64,000 nt of DNA, taken from Octopus sinensis (taxonomy: Eukaryota). The DNA is taken from positions 18,352,001 through 18,416,000 of the forward strand of contig NC_043007.1 of assembly GCF_006345805.1 (NCBI RefSeq), in the 5' to 3' direction. Both the position numbers and the translations under genes were made by a program. Within the stretch, counting starts at the first letter, position 1; each line of letters begins with the position of its first letter. The notes beneath the pieces are model-generated. The model was not told the DNA's origin. It searched no databases and saw only the letters and a program-made list of their open reading frames with translations. Shown piece after piece: positions 48,735-62,049 of this stretch.

Positions 48735-49220
48735 TAAGTGGGTGAGCTAGAAGAATCGTTAGCACACTGGGTGAAATACTTAGCAGCATTTCATCTGTCT
48801 TTACATTCTGAGTTCAAATTCCGCTAAGGTTAACTTTGCCTTTCATCCTTTTGAGGGTCGATAAATTGAGTACCAGTGAAACACTGGAGTTGATGGAGTG
48901 GTTGTGTGGTAAGAAGCTTGCTTCCCAACCACATGGCTCTGGGTTCAATGCCACTGCGTGACACCCTGAACAAGTGTCTTCTACTATAGCCTCGGGCCGA
49001 CCAAAGCCTTGTGAGTGGATTTGGTAGATGGAAACTGAAAGAAGCTCTTATGTATCTTAAACTATACATACAGGCACAGGAGTGGCTCTGTAGTAAGTAG
49101 CTTGCTTACCAACCACATGGTTCTGGGTTCAGTCCCACTGCATGGCACCTTGGTCAAGTGTCTTCGACTATAGCTTTGGGCTGACCAAATCCTTGTGAGT
49201 AGATTTGGTAGACAGAAACT
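48735..49220 (+). mobile_element. Stacked SINE fragments (Nin SINE, then two family A heads)
   Basis: Consecutive family B and A motifs. Confidence 0.65.
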
Positions 49221-49904
49221 GCTCCCCATAATGCATGTATGTATGTATGTATGTATGTATCTATCTATCTATCTAACTATTTATCTAGGAAACAGGCAGA
49301 AATAATGGGCTATATACATTTATTTATTACAGGCTTGGAGCTGTTTCAGATATGCATTTTGGTGGGTTTATGGTTCAGTCATATCAATCACTTGATTGAC
49401 CAAAAATATTGGGAACGGCAGCCCTAAGATATCTTAAATTTCTTCAAAAAATCCCAGACCAACCTCCTACAACCGGATATATCTCCAACAATAATAACTC
49501 TTTCCTAGAGGGGGCCATGGTGCCCCATATATGACTAAAAGATTTCACCAGGTGGTGCAATTAAGCTAGACATGGCCTGGGCCTATACAGGCCAAAAGTT
49601 ATCAAAGTTATAACTCTCTACTTTCTGTATCACTCTGTAATAAAATACCATCTTAACTTGGTAACGGAAACATAGATTTACACATCTGACTGGTGATTTT
49701 GGATTATCTGGAATACAATACTGATCACAGGACTTTATTGTTAGTCCGCTGTATTTTTATCTACAGAAAGCTTAAGATGGATTACTAATCCCTTATCAGT
49801 ATATCTGTCTGTGTGTCTGTCTGTCTGTCTGTCTGCCTGCCTGTATGTATGTATGTATGTATGTATGTATGTATGTATGTATGTACGTATGTATGTGTAT
49901 ATTC

Positions 49905-50163
49905 TTTTATTCTTTTACTTGTTTCAGTCATTTGACTGTGGCCATGCTGGAACACTGCCTTAAAGGGTGTTAGTTGGAGAAATTAACCCCAGGACTTATT
50001 CTTAGTAAGCCTAGTACATATTCTATCGGTATCTTTTGCTGAACTGCTAGATTATGGGGACATAAGCACACAGCATCGGTTGTCAAGCAATGGTAGAGGG
50101 ACAAACACAGACACAGTGTGGGGGGGACATACACAGATACACAAACATACACACACACACACA

Positions 50164-50209
<46 letters not shown>

Positions 50210-50385
50210 ACACACAAACAAACAAACACACATATACAACAGGCTTCTTTCAGTTTCCATCCACCAAATCAGCCCATGAGGTGAGGGTATAGCAGAAGAA
50301 ACTTGCCTGAGGTGCCATGTAGTAGTACTGAACCCGGAACCATATGATTGGTAAGCAAGCTGCTTACCACACAACCATCCCTGTG
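49905..50385 (-). mobile_element. SINE family A with expanded (CA)n
   Basis: Head, central domain and tail present. Confidence 0.75.
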
Positions 50386-50551
50386 CCTAGACGGGAAGGA
50401 TGGCTTCCCTTTACAAATACTAATAGGGCACAGAAAGTGTGTCTATAGCCAGCTGGAGGAGGTGTCCTCCTGGGGCTACAAACTACAGTAGCATCCACCC
50501 TTAGGGGTTAGCCACATTTAAATGGCAAATATACGTCACTATATATATATA

Positions 50552-50931
50552 CACTTGCGTCAGAAATTAATTAGCACTTCTCAAATTTCTACATTAAATA
50601 GGTTAAATCAATTAACCTATGAGCTGTTCAAAACGTCTTACGCGATGAGAAAACTTAGTATGGTGTGATTTCGGTCCTTGGGAGGCGCTACCTATATCTA
50701 TTAAACAAAGGAAGATTTGTCTGCATCCGCACTCCAAGTTGTTGTTGCACTGCTATGTCAACATCATAAGGCTGTAGACTCTCAAACTGCTCTGCAAACA
50801 AAGTTACGTCATCGTTCTGCGCAACAGTGAACTCGCAACAAAGCAATAGTTCGAGATATGGCCACTAGGTGACAGCACATACCTTGAGTGAAGAGCAAAT
50901 CAAGGGTGCTAATTAATTTCTGACGGTAGTG
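50552..50931. mobile_element. Tc1-like MITE, 380 bp
   Basis: TA|CACTTGCGTCAGAAATTAATTAGCAC ... GTGCTAATTAATTTCTGACGGTAGTG|TA terminal inverted repeats. Confidence 0.85.
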
Positions 50932-51034
50932 TATATACTAGCTGATGTACCCAGTAATTCCTAGGAAAGTGGGGATAATCCCTTGGTTCCATTCTTATAA
51001 TTGTTTCGCTAATCCAATAACAATACAAAGTATG

Positions 51035-51337
51035 TAGCTTGATGAGGATGTCCTGCAATCCCTGGTGGAACAAAATCCCAACATTGAGGAACTAGCAGAG
51101 AAGCTTGGATTTAATCATGCAACCATTCATTGACACCTGCATGCCATTGGAGAAGTCAGCAAATTGGGTCAATGGGTTCCTCACAAACTTTCTAAATCAA
51201 ACTGCGCACAGAGAGTGAATGTCTGCTCTTCTTTACTGTCCTGTCTCAAGAATGAACTGTTTTTGAACAGAATAGTGATTGGTGATGAGAAATGGGTCTT
51301 GTATAAAAATGTTAAGCTCTAAAGACAGTGGATAGGG
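51035..51337 (+). mobile_element. mariner transposase remnant (N-terminal/central)
   Basis: LVEQNP..IEELAEKLG..ATIH*HLHAIG.VSKLGQWVPHKL...RIVIGDEKWVLYKN; WVPHEL and TGDEKW motifs. Confidence 0.85.
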
Positions 51338-52239
51338 AAGAGAGAAAAGACAGACAAGAATGATGGGTATTAGTTGACCTGGGCAATGGTAAGTGTAAAT
51401 GATGGGTGACAATAAGTAATGGCACAGAGGAGAGTGAGTGATGACTGGCAGTACAGAAACGACAGAGTTAGAGAACAGATCAAGTTTTCTCTCTTTCTCT
51501 TTCTCCTTGTCTCCTTCCCTCTGTCTATCTGTCTTTATGCCATTTTCTGACTGTCTGTCTTTCTCTTAATGGAAGAAATTGGCTATAATCAGACCTAAAG
51601 AAAGCTGGGCTCTACTGGGTCTAAGACCAGCCAAGATATCATGACAGCACTCCTTCAAAGCAATCAGTTGTGGGCCTAAGGCAAAGCAAGGCAGACTGTC
51701 ACTTGCCCTTGAACTGTAAAGGCAGAACATTTGAAATGTCACAAAATAACGATCACAAACTCGAGACAGGTTACATTATTTCAATCATTTAATTTTTTCT
51801 TTTTTATGAATCACCTATCAACAACCTATTTTTACAGGTAGAGAAAAGAAAGAAAGAAAAAAAACAAACAAACTTATAAAATACCTCACGAAGGAAACAA
51901 AGAAAAAGAAAAAAAAGGTGGGAGAATTAAGAAGCAGAAGACGGTGGGGAGGGAGTAATGGGTTGTACACAGCCCGGAATAAATAACATGCTTAGCTGCA
52001 CCTTGTGAATGTGATTGCAAAGGCTTTGAGGCAGAGACCAGTCAGAGACACCCACAGCAATTACTGTGTGTAATGTTGACGTTGTTCATTGAGTTCTCTG
52101 CTCTTCGTGTCTCTCCACCAGATGGCTCTTGCTTGAAGGTTAAACAAGTTATAAAACTTCTCTTTGTGTGCCCGTGTGTGCATGTCTGTCTTTGTGGGTG
52201 ATTATGTGTGTTTATTCATGCGTGGTGTGTATTGAGAAT

Positions 52240-52660
52240 GTGATAATTTGTGTGTGTGTGTGTGTGTGTGTGCATATGTGTGTGTGTATATGTGTGTATT
52301 TGCGTGTGCCTGTATGCGTGTGTATTTGAGTGTGTGCATATGTGTATTTGTGTGTGTGTATGTGTGTGTGTGTGTTTGTATGCATGTGTATTTGAGTGTG
52401 TGCATATGTGTATTTGTGTGTGTGTGTGTGTCTGTGCCTGTATGCATGTGTATTTGAGTGTGTGTGTGTGTGTGTGTGTATGTGTGCCTGTATGTATGTG
52501 TATTTGAGTGTGTGCTTATGTGTATTTGTGTGTGTGTCTGTGTCTGTGCCTGTATGTATGTGTATTTGAGTGTGAGCATATGTGTATTTCTGTGTGTGTG
52601 TGCCTATATGCATGTGTATTTGAGTGTGAGCATATGTGTGTGTGTGTGTGTGTGTTTGCA
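52240..52660. repeat. (GT)-based higher-order minisatellite
   Basis: Recurring gtgtatttgagtgtgtgcatatgtgtatttg...tgcctgtatgc units of ~60 bp. Confidence 0.8.
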
Positions 52661-52959
52661 TGTGTATAGCTGAGGGGTACACGCATATACACTTACTTGC
52701 CCCACCATCTTCTCCCCACTTGGTCTCTTTCTTTTTCTCTTTCTTTCTTTATATGTTACCTTCTTTATCTCTTCTTCATTGCTTCTAGGGCAGACACCTG
52801 GGGACTTTGGTGCTTTTGCTGTGTACTCACACTCCACATCACTCACTCACACTCCACATTCCCTTATTAGTTCATTTTTGTAATTAGCTACTCTATTTGA
52901 ATGCAGTTTTGCAAGTGCACATGCCTACATGTTTGTATGTGTGCACAAACACATTTGTA

Positions 52960-54195
52960 TATGGTAGTAAGCTGGCAGAAATGTTAGCACACTGGATGAA
53001 ATGCTTAGTGGTATTTCATCTGCTGTTATGTTCTGAGTTCAAATTCTGCCGAGGTCAACTTCGCCTTTCATCCTTTCGGGGTTGATAAATTAAGTACCCG
53101 TTACGCACTGGGGTCGATCTAATCAACTTAATCCATTTATCTGTCCTTGTTTGTCCCTTCTGTGTTTATCCCCTTGTGGGTAGTAAAGAAATAGGTATTT
53201 CATCTGTCTGTACGTTCTGAGTTCAAATTCAGCTGAGGTCGATTTTGCCTTCCATCCTTTCAAGGTACAATAAATTAAGTACCAGTTGCATACTGGGGTT
53301 GATCCTTGGAAAAAGGTTGGCATTTCATCTGGGATGTCACAGTCAGTGACTCCTTTGCTCCTCCTCACATCCTGGATGCTGCAGTAATTGGGAGGGTCAC
53401 TGCTTTCCTAGCCAGACAAAACAAAATCCTTAAGTATTGGGACTTAAGTATTTGTGTGTGTGTGTGTGTGTGTATACCTGAGGGGTACATGCATATACAC
53501 TTATTTGCTTCACCATCTCCCCACTTAGTCTCTTTGTACACATATGCACACTCAAATACACACACACACACACATAAATACAGACACACACAAATTATTA
53601 CAGTCTCAATACACACGCATGAATAAGCACACATAATTACACACAAAGAGAAGTTATAACTTGTTTAACCTTCAAGTAAGAGCTATCTGGTGGAGAGACA
53701 TGAAGAGCAGGGTACTCAATGAATTTCGGGCCTTGTGCCTAGAATAGAAATGAATACATTTAAGGCAGCAAGCTAACAGAAACGTTACCATACCAGGCAA
53801 AATGCTTAGTGGTATTTCATCTGTCTTTACGTTCTGAGTTCAAATGCTGCCAAGGTCGACTTTGCCTTTCATCCATTCAGGGTTGATAGATTAAGTACCA
53901 GTTGTGTACTGGGGTCAATGTGATTGACTGGTCCCCTCCCACAAAATTTCAGGCCTTGTGCCTAGAGTAGAAACAAATACTTTTAACGTGGCGAGCTGGC
54001 AGAAACATTGGCGCACTGGGCAAAATGCTTAGCAGTATTTTGTCTGTCTTTACGGTCTGAGTTCAAACTCCACTGAGGTCAATTTTGCCTTTCATCCTTT
54101 CAGGGTCAATAAATTAAGTACCAGTTGTGTACTGGGATCGATCTAATCGACTGGCTCCCTCCCACAAAATTTCGGGCCTTGTGCCTAGAGTAGAA
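52960..54195 (+). mobile_element. Run of about five Nin/Deu-domain SINE units in the same orientation
   Basis: Family B motif repeated near 52965, 53190, 53765, 53985, with partial tails at 53722 and 54165. Confidence 0.75.
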
Positions 54196-54519
54196 AAGAA
54201 ACACATTTGTATATGTGAGTGGGGACTTCTCTTTCTTTCTTCTAATCCCAAGCATATATATATATGTATATATACAAATGGATCTACTTTGAGTGCGTGC
54301 ATTTGTGTATTTGTGTGTGGGTCTGTGTGTGCATGCAGTTACAACCCTCCTCCTTTGCTGCTGTATTTTCTTCTACTGCACCCTAAAGAAAAGCCAACTT
54401 GTGAGCTCAACTTATTGTGTGTTCTTATCTGTCTGTGGTCATAGTCAAATGTGTTTAATCTGCTGCTCATGTATGCATTTCTATTAATATTAGGTTGAGG
54501 AAAAACGTTCAAGTGCTGA

Positions 54520-54940
54520 ACCTGTGCCGAATGGTCGTGTCATCAATACTGCACTTTACTGTGAGCAAGTTCATCAAGTCTACGATGCGCTGGTTGAAAA
54601 GTACCCAAGACTTATTCGTTGAAAACATGCTTTGTTTCAAGAAGACAGTACAAAGCTGCATACTGCCAGAAAGACCAGCAACAAGATTGAAGAATTGGAC
54701 AGTGTGGAAGTTCTGCCACATCCAGCCTATAGTCAAGACGTTGCTCCATCTGATTACAGTCTCTTCCGATCGATGCAGTGCTTTATGAAAGGTCACTGAT
54801 TTGAGTCATTTAATGAAGTTGAAGAAACCTGTCAAGAATTTTTCATTTCACAGCTGAAGGATTGGTACTTTGACCAAATCCAAAAGCAGATTGTTGGCAG
54901 GAGGGCATAGAAAATGATAGTCTTTATTTTGAAGAACATT
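54520..54940 (+). mobile_element. mariner transposase remnant (C-terminal)
   Basis: INTALYCEQV...LFQEDSTKLHTARKT...EVLPHPAYSQDVAPSDYSLFRSMQ; YSPDLAPSD-type motif; internal stops. Confidence 0.85.
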
Positions 54941-55174
54941 TGTTGTTTTTGAATAAGTTTTTGCATAAAAAATCATTATTTTAACAGGACACATGGACTA
55001 ATTCAAAGGGCTGAGAGCTATGTTGTTGATAAGTGTTAATGTACTAAACTCTCAACCCTTTGGGTTACCCTGTAATTTGCCCCACAATATGGCGCCTCGG
55101 GCAATTGTCTTGTTCTGTAGCCTTGAGCCAGCCAAAGCCTTGTGAGTGGATTTGGTAGATAGAAACTAAAAGAA

Positions 55175-55410
55175 TGCAGCGAGCTGGCAGAAATGTTAGC
55201 ATGCCAGGCGAAATGCTTAGCTGTATTTTGTCTGCCGCTACGTTTTGAGTTCAAATTCCGCCGAGGTTGCCTTTGCCTTTCATTCTTTCGGGGTCGATAA
55301 ATTAAGTACCAGTTACACACTGGGGTCGATGTAATCGACTTAATCCCTTTATCTGTCCTTGTTTGTCCCCTCTATGTTTAGCCCCTTGTGGGCAATAAAG
55401 AAATAAGAAA
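55175..55410 (+). mobile_element. Nin/Deu-domain SINE inserted in a family A SINE (55100-55640)
   Basis: Family A central domain is broken at gaaactaaaagaa and resumes at gaaactgaaagcagccc. Confidence 0.75.
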
Positions 55411-55829
55411 CTGAAAGCAGCCCATCATGTATTTGTGTGTGTGTGTGTGTGTGTCTGTGGTTTACAAATGGTGTTGGTGTGTTTACATCCCCATAACTTA
55501 GCAGTTTGGCAAGAGAGCCTGATAAGAATAAATACTATGCTTAGAAAATAAAATATTGTAAGTATTGGGATTGATTCATTTGACTAAAAATTCTTCTCAG
55601 TGGTGCCCCAGCATGACCACAGTCCAATCACCAAAATAATTAAGAGAAAAAGGATAAAAAATAAAAAAATATATACTCATGTTTTGAGTTCTACTTTCCT
55701 GTTTCCATCACCAGACCTACACACACACACACACCACACACACACACACATACACACACACTTGCATACTTACACATACACACATATTAATGGCATAGAT
55801 AGATACTTGAAGAATGTTACAATGTCGGA

Positions 55830-56870
55830 ATATACCGAACAGACGACAAGAACAGATCCTATACACTACAAATCTTGCCTGCAATCAGACCTGGACACAA
55901 TACAGCAATGGATTACTAACTGGAAACTCAAGCTGGCTGTGAACAAGTGTACCACCATGCATTTGAAGAGGAAAAACCTGGCCTTTACATTCTCCCTCAA
56001 TGACACCAATCTTAAGAACTTGGACATTATTGTCAACAGTGATTTTCATTAGACAAACCACGTCTCTAAAATTTTCTAGAAGCTTGAGCATGTCTTCACA
56101 TCACTCAGTAAGACTTTTTTGCCAGCTGCTCTCCAGCTGTATATACAAAGCTGCGTATGGCTATGATATGTCCACACCAGTCTGGAAACCCTGTCAGCAT
56201 ATCAATCTCCAGGAAACTGTTCAGTAATGGGCAACCAGATGAATCCTCGAGTATAATCCGCATTTTATCCCCAAAATTTAAAGGTCAAAATCCCTAGTGC
56301 GTACTATATACGAGGTTAAAAAGGAAAATTATTTTCTAAGCAATGTCCGAGTCTCTATTTGCTGTCCGGCAATGTTTATTCAGACGCATTTTGTGATGTC
56401 GGGCGCGAAAATACCTTAAGCTAAGCCAGAAAGCAATGAAGTCATAAAAGAATCATCTATAACTTGCAATAAGCAACATTTATTAAACATTATTACTATT
56501 TCTTTTATTTTCTGCAAACAAAATGCACGAAAAAGCTACACCTTTGCATGATGTTATATATACAATAATAATAAAGGATGTTACCGTATACAGTTTTACA
56601 AACTAAGAACGTTATATAGACCTCCTTGACTCAAATTAGAGAAGGGGTGCGTATTATACACAAGGTTTAGGTTTTTCAGAGGTACAGCCCCATAAAAATC
56701 CCCTGCGTATTATACTCAAGGGCGGACTATACTCGAGGATTTACTGTACCCACCATCAGGCATCTACCATACTCTGAACATCTTGCTTTATGGGGCATGG
56801 ACACATTAAAGCTCAGATGTCTGGCAACTGAATAAGTAGACACCCTACAAAATTATCAACTATCTTTCGA
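55830..56870 (+). mobile_element. Degenerate CR1 3' end interrupted by a MITE
   Basis: LQSDLDTIQQWITNWKLKLAVNKCTTMH... then resumes cccaccatcaggcatctaccatac at 56748, collinear with 35680-36220. Confidence 0.8.
56241..56745. mobile_element. Tc1/pogo-like MITE (CAGTA-type TIR, TA target)
   Basis: aatcctcgagtataatccgc ... gcggactatactcgaggatttactg|TA; left terminus eroded. Confidence 0.7.
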
Positions 56871-58112
56871 GTTATAAGCATAGACCCCTTTTTGAATAGA
56901 AAGACAGGTAAGGGTTAGCAACAGGAAGAGCATCTGACTGTAAAAAACTATAAAAAAAACTCCATCTGATCGTTTGTGTGCTTGGATCTAAACGAGCTGG
57001 TTGCCTGCAACCAGGAGATGAGTGGAACACGTTCTCATTGGTTATTTTAAAGAATGGGATGAAATTTTCGATTTGGTGGTAACCAATTACTGAATTACCT
57101 CATCTACGAGCAGCTGCTGAAAGGGAGACAACTGGACTACACTAGACAAGTTGTCTCCCTTACTCCGGCAAGAAATTATTATCGTGGAGGAATATATTTC
57201 AAAATTATTCTATTCACACGCGCGCACGAGAGAGAGAGAGAACACACACACGCGCGAGCACACCCACGCATTTTACCTTTTATCTTTTAGATTTATTTTA
57301 TTATATTTGTTCAAAAATAAACTAAAACGAATTGTTACAATTCGCAATAATTATTTTACGAAAGAAAATTGTTTAGAATAATGGAAAAGGAAAAAAAACC
57401 AATGTAACACCATGTGCCTCAATTGGTCGCACGCCACAAGGTCCAACGGAACTCACTGAAGCAAGCCAACACGCTCGCGGTATTACCACGGGCAAAGGCG
57501 CACGGGCATCACCTGACGTCTCGGCGAGGCGAACTAACAACGATGACAAGAACTTCACCGTTAGTGGCCCAGCCCCTCCAAACATCTGAAACACAACAAG
57601 CTGGGAGAGCTAATTCACTGACTGGTCCCGATACTTCAGGGTTTTGTTCCGTTCACGGAAGCAGTGAGATCCTCCCTTTTACCGCAGCATTCAGTATGTG
57701 GGAGAGAACAAAGTAGTCACAGACCGTGGTGACCCAGATGAGGCACCTACCTCTAACCCAGCTCTCTCTATTGTGACAGAGTTTCTTTCATACAATTGTC
57801 TGATCGTATAAAAGCGGGGAAAACATGCTTGAAAACATAAAAGGAGTTAATAATTCGGTCATTGTGCTTGCTCATAAATTAGAGCAAAAGTGCAGAAACG
57901 ACACCAAGCAAATAATAAACAAGAAAATTGTATAAAATAGAAGGCGGTGAGCTAGCGAAATGCTTAGCCGTATTTCGTCTGCCGTTACGTTCTGAGTTCA
58001 AATTCCGCTGAGGTCGACTTTGCCTTTCATCCTTTCGGGGTCGATAAATTAAGTACTAGTTACGCACTGGGGTCGATGTAATCGACTTAATCTGTTTGTC
58101 TGTCCTTGTTTG

Positions 58113-58833
58113 GGATCTTTTCTTTTTGAAGGCCAGATTTTCCTAGTTAACTAAAAAATTTGAAACTTCGTATACTGGTAGAATGTATTAAAAGAAAACA
58201 TTATTGTAAACAAAATTGAAAACAAAATTGTTATTCGTAACTTAAACGTAGTTTAATTTTAAGAATTTTAACCATTGAAATCGCAGCATTCGAGCTCAAA
58301 TTATTTACCTCTTCTTCTGTCTTCTACATGTGCTAGAAATAACAGCTATATCTCTTAAATCGATTAATTTCGTCGCCCAATAAAAATATTAACGATATTT
58401 TTTGAATATTTTCTTTATTTTTTTTTTACCGAAAAGGCTTCTCCCATGGTTTTGAAGGGCCAGAAACAATAAAAACAAAACAATAATATGCCTAAATCGG
58501 TCTCGAGTTTGCGCGTGGAGTGTTAGTAGTATTGTGAAAAATTTGCGAAATATTTTTTCATAAAAGGATGCCCCCAGCTTGTCGGAAGCTGTGCTATAAA
58601 TTGGGGAAAAAATCCTCGACACCAGTGCGTAATTGGTACTTAATTTATCGACCCCGAAACGATGAAACATTGACCCCACCCCTCTTCTGTGCAAATTTGT
58701 TGCGGCAAGTGGCAAAACACGAACGTGTATTTTTGCTTGTGTGTGTATGTGTGTGTATGTATATGTCCGTTTGTATGTGTGTGTACGTTTATATATTAAT
58801 CACTATGTGCTTGTGCAAATGTATATGCATGTG

Positions 58834-58871
<38 letters not shown>

Positions 58872-59101
58872 TGTGTGTGTCGTGTGTCTGCTATATTTCT
58901 TTATCAATATCGATAACGCAGCAATGTTGGGATTTCATTGGTTAAAATTCGTAAAAATTAAACTACGTTTAAGTTACAAATTACAATTTTGTTTTCAATT
59001 TTGTTTACAATAATGTTTTCTTTTGACACATTCTACCAGTATACGAAGTTTCAAATTTTTTAGTTAACTAGAAAAATCTGGCCTTCAAAAAGAAAAGATC
59101 C
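58113..59101. mobile_element. 989-bp foldback DNA transposon with ~190-bp TIRs and 8-bp TSD (Merlin- or MULE-like)
   Basis: GGATCTTTTCTTTTTGAAGGCCAG... / ...CTGGCCTTCAAAAAGAAAAGATCC; TSD CTTGTTTG at 58105-58112 and 59102-59109. Removing it restores the Nin SINE tail. Confidence 0.85.
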
Positions 59102-59789
59102 CTTGTTTGTCCACACTATGTTTAGCCCCTTGCAGGCAATAAAGAAATAGTTATTTCGTCTGCCGTTACGTTCTGAGTTCAAATTCCGCCGAGGTCGACT
59201 TTGCCTTTCATCCTTTCGAAGTTGATAGATTAAGTACCAGTTACGCACTGGAGTCGATGTGATCTACTTAATCCCTTTGTCTGTCCTTGTTTGTCCCCTC
59301 TATGTTTTGCCCTTGTGGGCTATAAAGAAATAAGAAAACTGTAGCAAATATTTTCAGCGTATGGTTTTATTAATTCCAGCGAAATACACGTTTATTTCCC
59401 TTGCACACGTTATCCCCTGCAAACATCTGTGCCATTCTATTCCCTTTTCAACCACTCAAATTTCCCTTGACTTTCCCTTGACTAAGGTTGTAAAAATGCT
59501 TCTTAAACTTGATCCTTGTATTTTACTAATTCCTCACATCTTTGTCTGTCTGTCTATCTGTCTGCCTGCCTCTGTCTGTCTCTGTCTGTCTCCGTCTATT
59601 TGTTTGTCTCTCTGTCTGTCTGTCTCTCTCATTAATCTCTTATTTTCACTTTCCAGTTTGTCATTGTTGTGTAGCCCAATCTGGCGCTGATTGAGAAAAT
59701 CTAGCAGGTCTATGATCAAAAGCTATCCTGTCTTTCATTTCCAGGAATGGTGAACCCCAAACTTTTCTTTTTCATGAGTCCTTTACTCC

Positions 59790-59980
59790 CTATGGAATAT
59801 AACCATCGACAACTTTCCTCTAATATTCTCAACTTTGGGCTGTCTTCTCTGCTTTCCTCCAATTGGACCCCTTCTTTTGCAGTACTGCTTCAGTATCCTG
59901 CCTCCAGCTACATTTTAGGGTGTCCTCTCTGTCACCTCTCTTGTGGGTTCCAGATTAGGGCCTGCCATGTAACACTGAAC
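59790..59980 (-). mobile_element. Degenerate RTE-type C-terminal fragment
   Basis: QALIWNPQER*QRGHPK resembles WNPQGKR.RGRPK. Confidence 0.5.
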
Positions 59981-60067
59981 ATTGATGTTTTTGTTGCACC
60001 TCTTTATATGTTTTCCTGAGGGAAAACCTTCCTCTCCCATGACTCATTGGTTTTGAATTGCTCTCTT

Positions 60068-60472
60068 ACTCTTTACTCTTTTACTCTTTTACTTGTTTCA
60101 GTCATTTGACTGTGGCCATGCCGGAGCACTGCCTTTAATCGAGCAACTCGACCCCGGGACTTATTCTTTTGTAAGCCCAGTACTTATTCTATCGGTCTCT
60201 TTTGCCGAACTGCTAAGTGACAGGGACATAAACACACCAGCATCGGTTGTCAAGCAATGCTAGGGGGACAAACACAGACACACACGCATATATATATATA
60301 CATACATACATTTGACGGGCTTCTTTCAGTTTCCGTCTACCAAATCCACTCACAAGGCTTTGGTTGGCCCAAGGCTATAGTAGAAGACACTTGCCCAAGG
60401 TGCCACGCAGTGGGACTGAACCCGGAACCATGTGGTTAGTAAACAAGCTACTTACCACACAGCCACTCCTGC
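60068..60472 (-). mobile_element. SINE family A, full length
   Basis: Head, central domain and (TTTTACTC)n tail. Confidence 0.85.
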
Positions 60473-61384
60473 TATTGACACTTTTATAACTTTGCTTTTC
60501 TCTAGGTAGTGTTGTTAGCCTACACAGACCTATTTTTACCATTGGGAAGAGCTGGTCAACTTTTACTCTGGCTTCTAACCTTTGACCTGTCCAACATGGG
60601 AGGTCCTACCTGGGGCGTGTGCTGCACTGGCATAGTTTTCATTGAGGCACACAGGCTACCACAGCACAAGGACTTGACCTTGTAGTGGGAGCCCAGATTA
60701 TGTTATGTACATATCTTTTTTTTGTTGTTGTTTCTAGACAGTAGGGTATGATTTGACTGCTTTCTCTAACAAGTCAAGTGACAATGTAAAGACTTACAGT
60801 TTGTTTCTGGGTATCTATGTCTGTGCTTGCACAGAATCTACTCTTTATGTAGACGTAAATCAACTTTGTCTTGAGCAATAAACACTGACACATGTGCTCG
60901 CGCACACACACACACACACACACACAGAGGAGAGTTGGTTTTGGAGTAGAAAATGCACCTGAATCTCAAACTGAATCATAGTTTTAAATGTTTTAAGCAT
61001 ATTATTAAATACTTCAACGGTAAATATAAAGAGTTTAGAAGAGATTAGTGGTACAAAAGAGAATTCAGTAAAACATACTTTTTAAAAAAATCGAATATTC
61101 ATACAAACTCTAATATTCAATAAATTTCACAGTTTTAGAAAATAATAAAAGTTCAAATGTTTGATGAATTTCATAACAATCACACATGATTGTGAGTTCA
61201 GTAGGTTCAAAGCAATGAGCCATCTTAAGAATAAGATATGATTAAGTTTCAAAAGAGAAAGACAAAAAAAGATTAGAGAAAGTGACTTTTTCCCAATTTC
61301 TGTCATAGGGTTTGAAGAAGAATTCTTTGTCACTGGTTTTGTTGGTGAGAGCTTGAACTGTTTTAAGGTGAAATTATTAGCTCA

Positions 61385-61832
61385 AGCTAGTGGAGCGCTA
61401 AGAGCACCATCCGAGCATGATCGTTGCCAGAGTGGCTAACTGGCTTCTGTGCCAGTGGCACATAAAAAGCACCATTCAAGTGTGATCGTTACCAGCATCG
61501 CCTTACTAGCACTTGTGCTGGTGGCACGTGAACAAAACATTCGAGCAAGGTCATTGCCAGTGCCATTGGACTGGCTCCTGTGCAGGTGGCATGAAAAAAC
61601 ACCATTTGAGCATGGCCATTGCCAGTACCGCCTGACTAGCCCTCGTGCTGGTGGCACGTAAAAGCATCCACTACACTCTCAGAGTGGTTGGCATTAGGAA
61701 GGGCATCTAGCTGTAGAAACTCTGCCAGATCAGATTGGAGCCTGGTGCAGCCATCTGGTTCGCCAGTCCTCAGTCAAATCGTCCAACCCATGCTAGCATG
61801 GAAAGCAGACGTTAAACGCTGATGATGATGAT
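61385..61832 (+). mobile_element. RTE 3' UTR-derived repeat
   Basis: Collinear with 16250-16695. Confidence 0.85.
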
Positions 61833-62049
61833 AATGAGGTGTTTAAGGTATAGGTCCAAGACCTAATTGGTTACAAACTCAATGGCATCAGTTGCTTTTG
61901 TCTGCCTGTGGTTTTGTATTTTAGTTGGCCAACTGCCTATCACTTGTTTTTTCAATGTTCTGGTTACATATTTTGGTTTGGCAGTAATCCAGCATTCTGT
62001 TTGGTTGACTTCCTGGTGACATCATTTATTTATCAACTGTGTTTATGAT

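Noticed and set aside
51595-51713. Open minus-strand exon candidate SRASDSLPCFALGPQLIALKECCHDILAG...
   Set aside because: Splice sites plausible but no homology or independent support.
61134-61226. Minus-strand exon with strong acceptor (MAHCFEPTEL... or RWLIALNLLNSQS...)
   Set aside because: Two frames are equally open, and an opposite-strand candidate lies nearby (61308-61343); cannot be decided.
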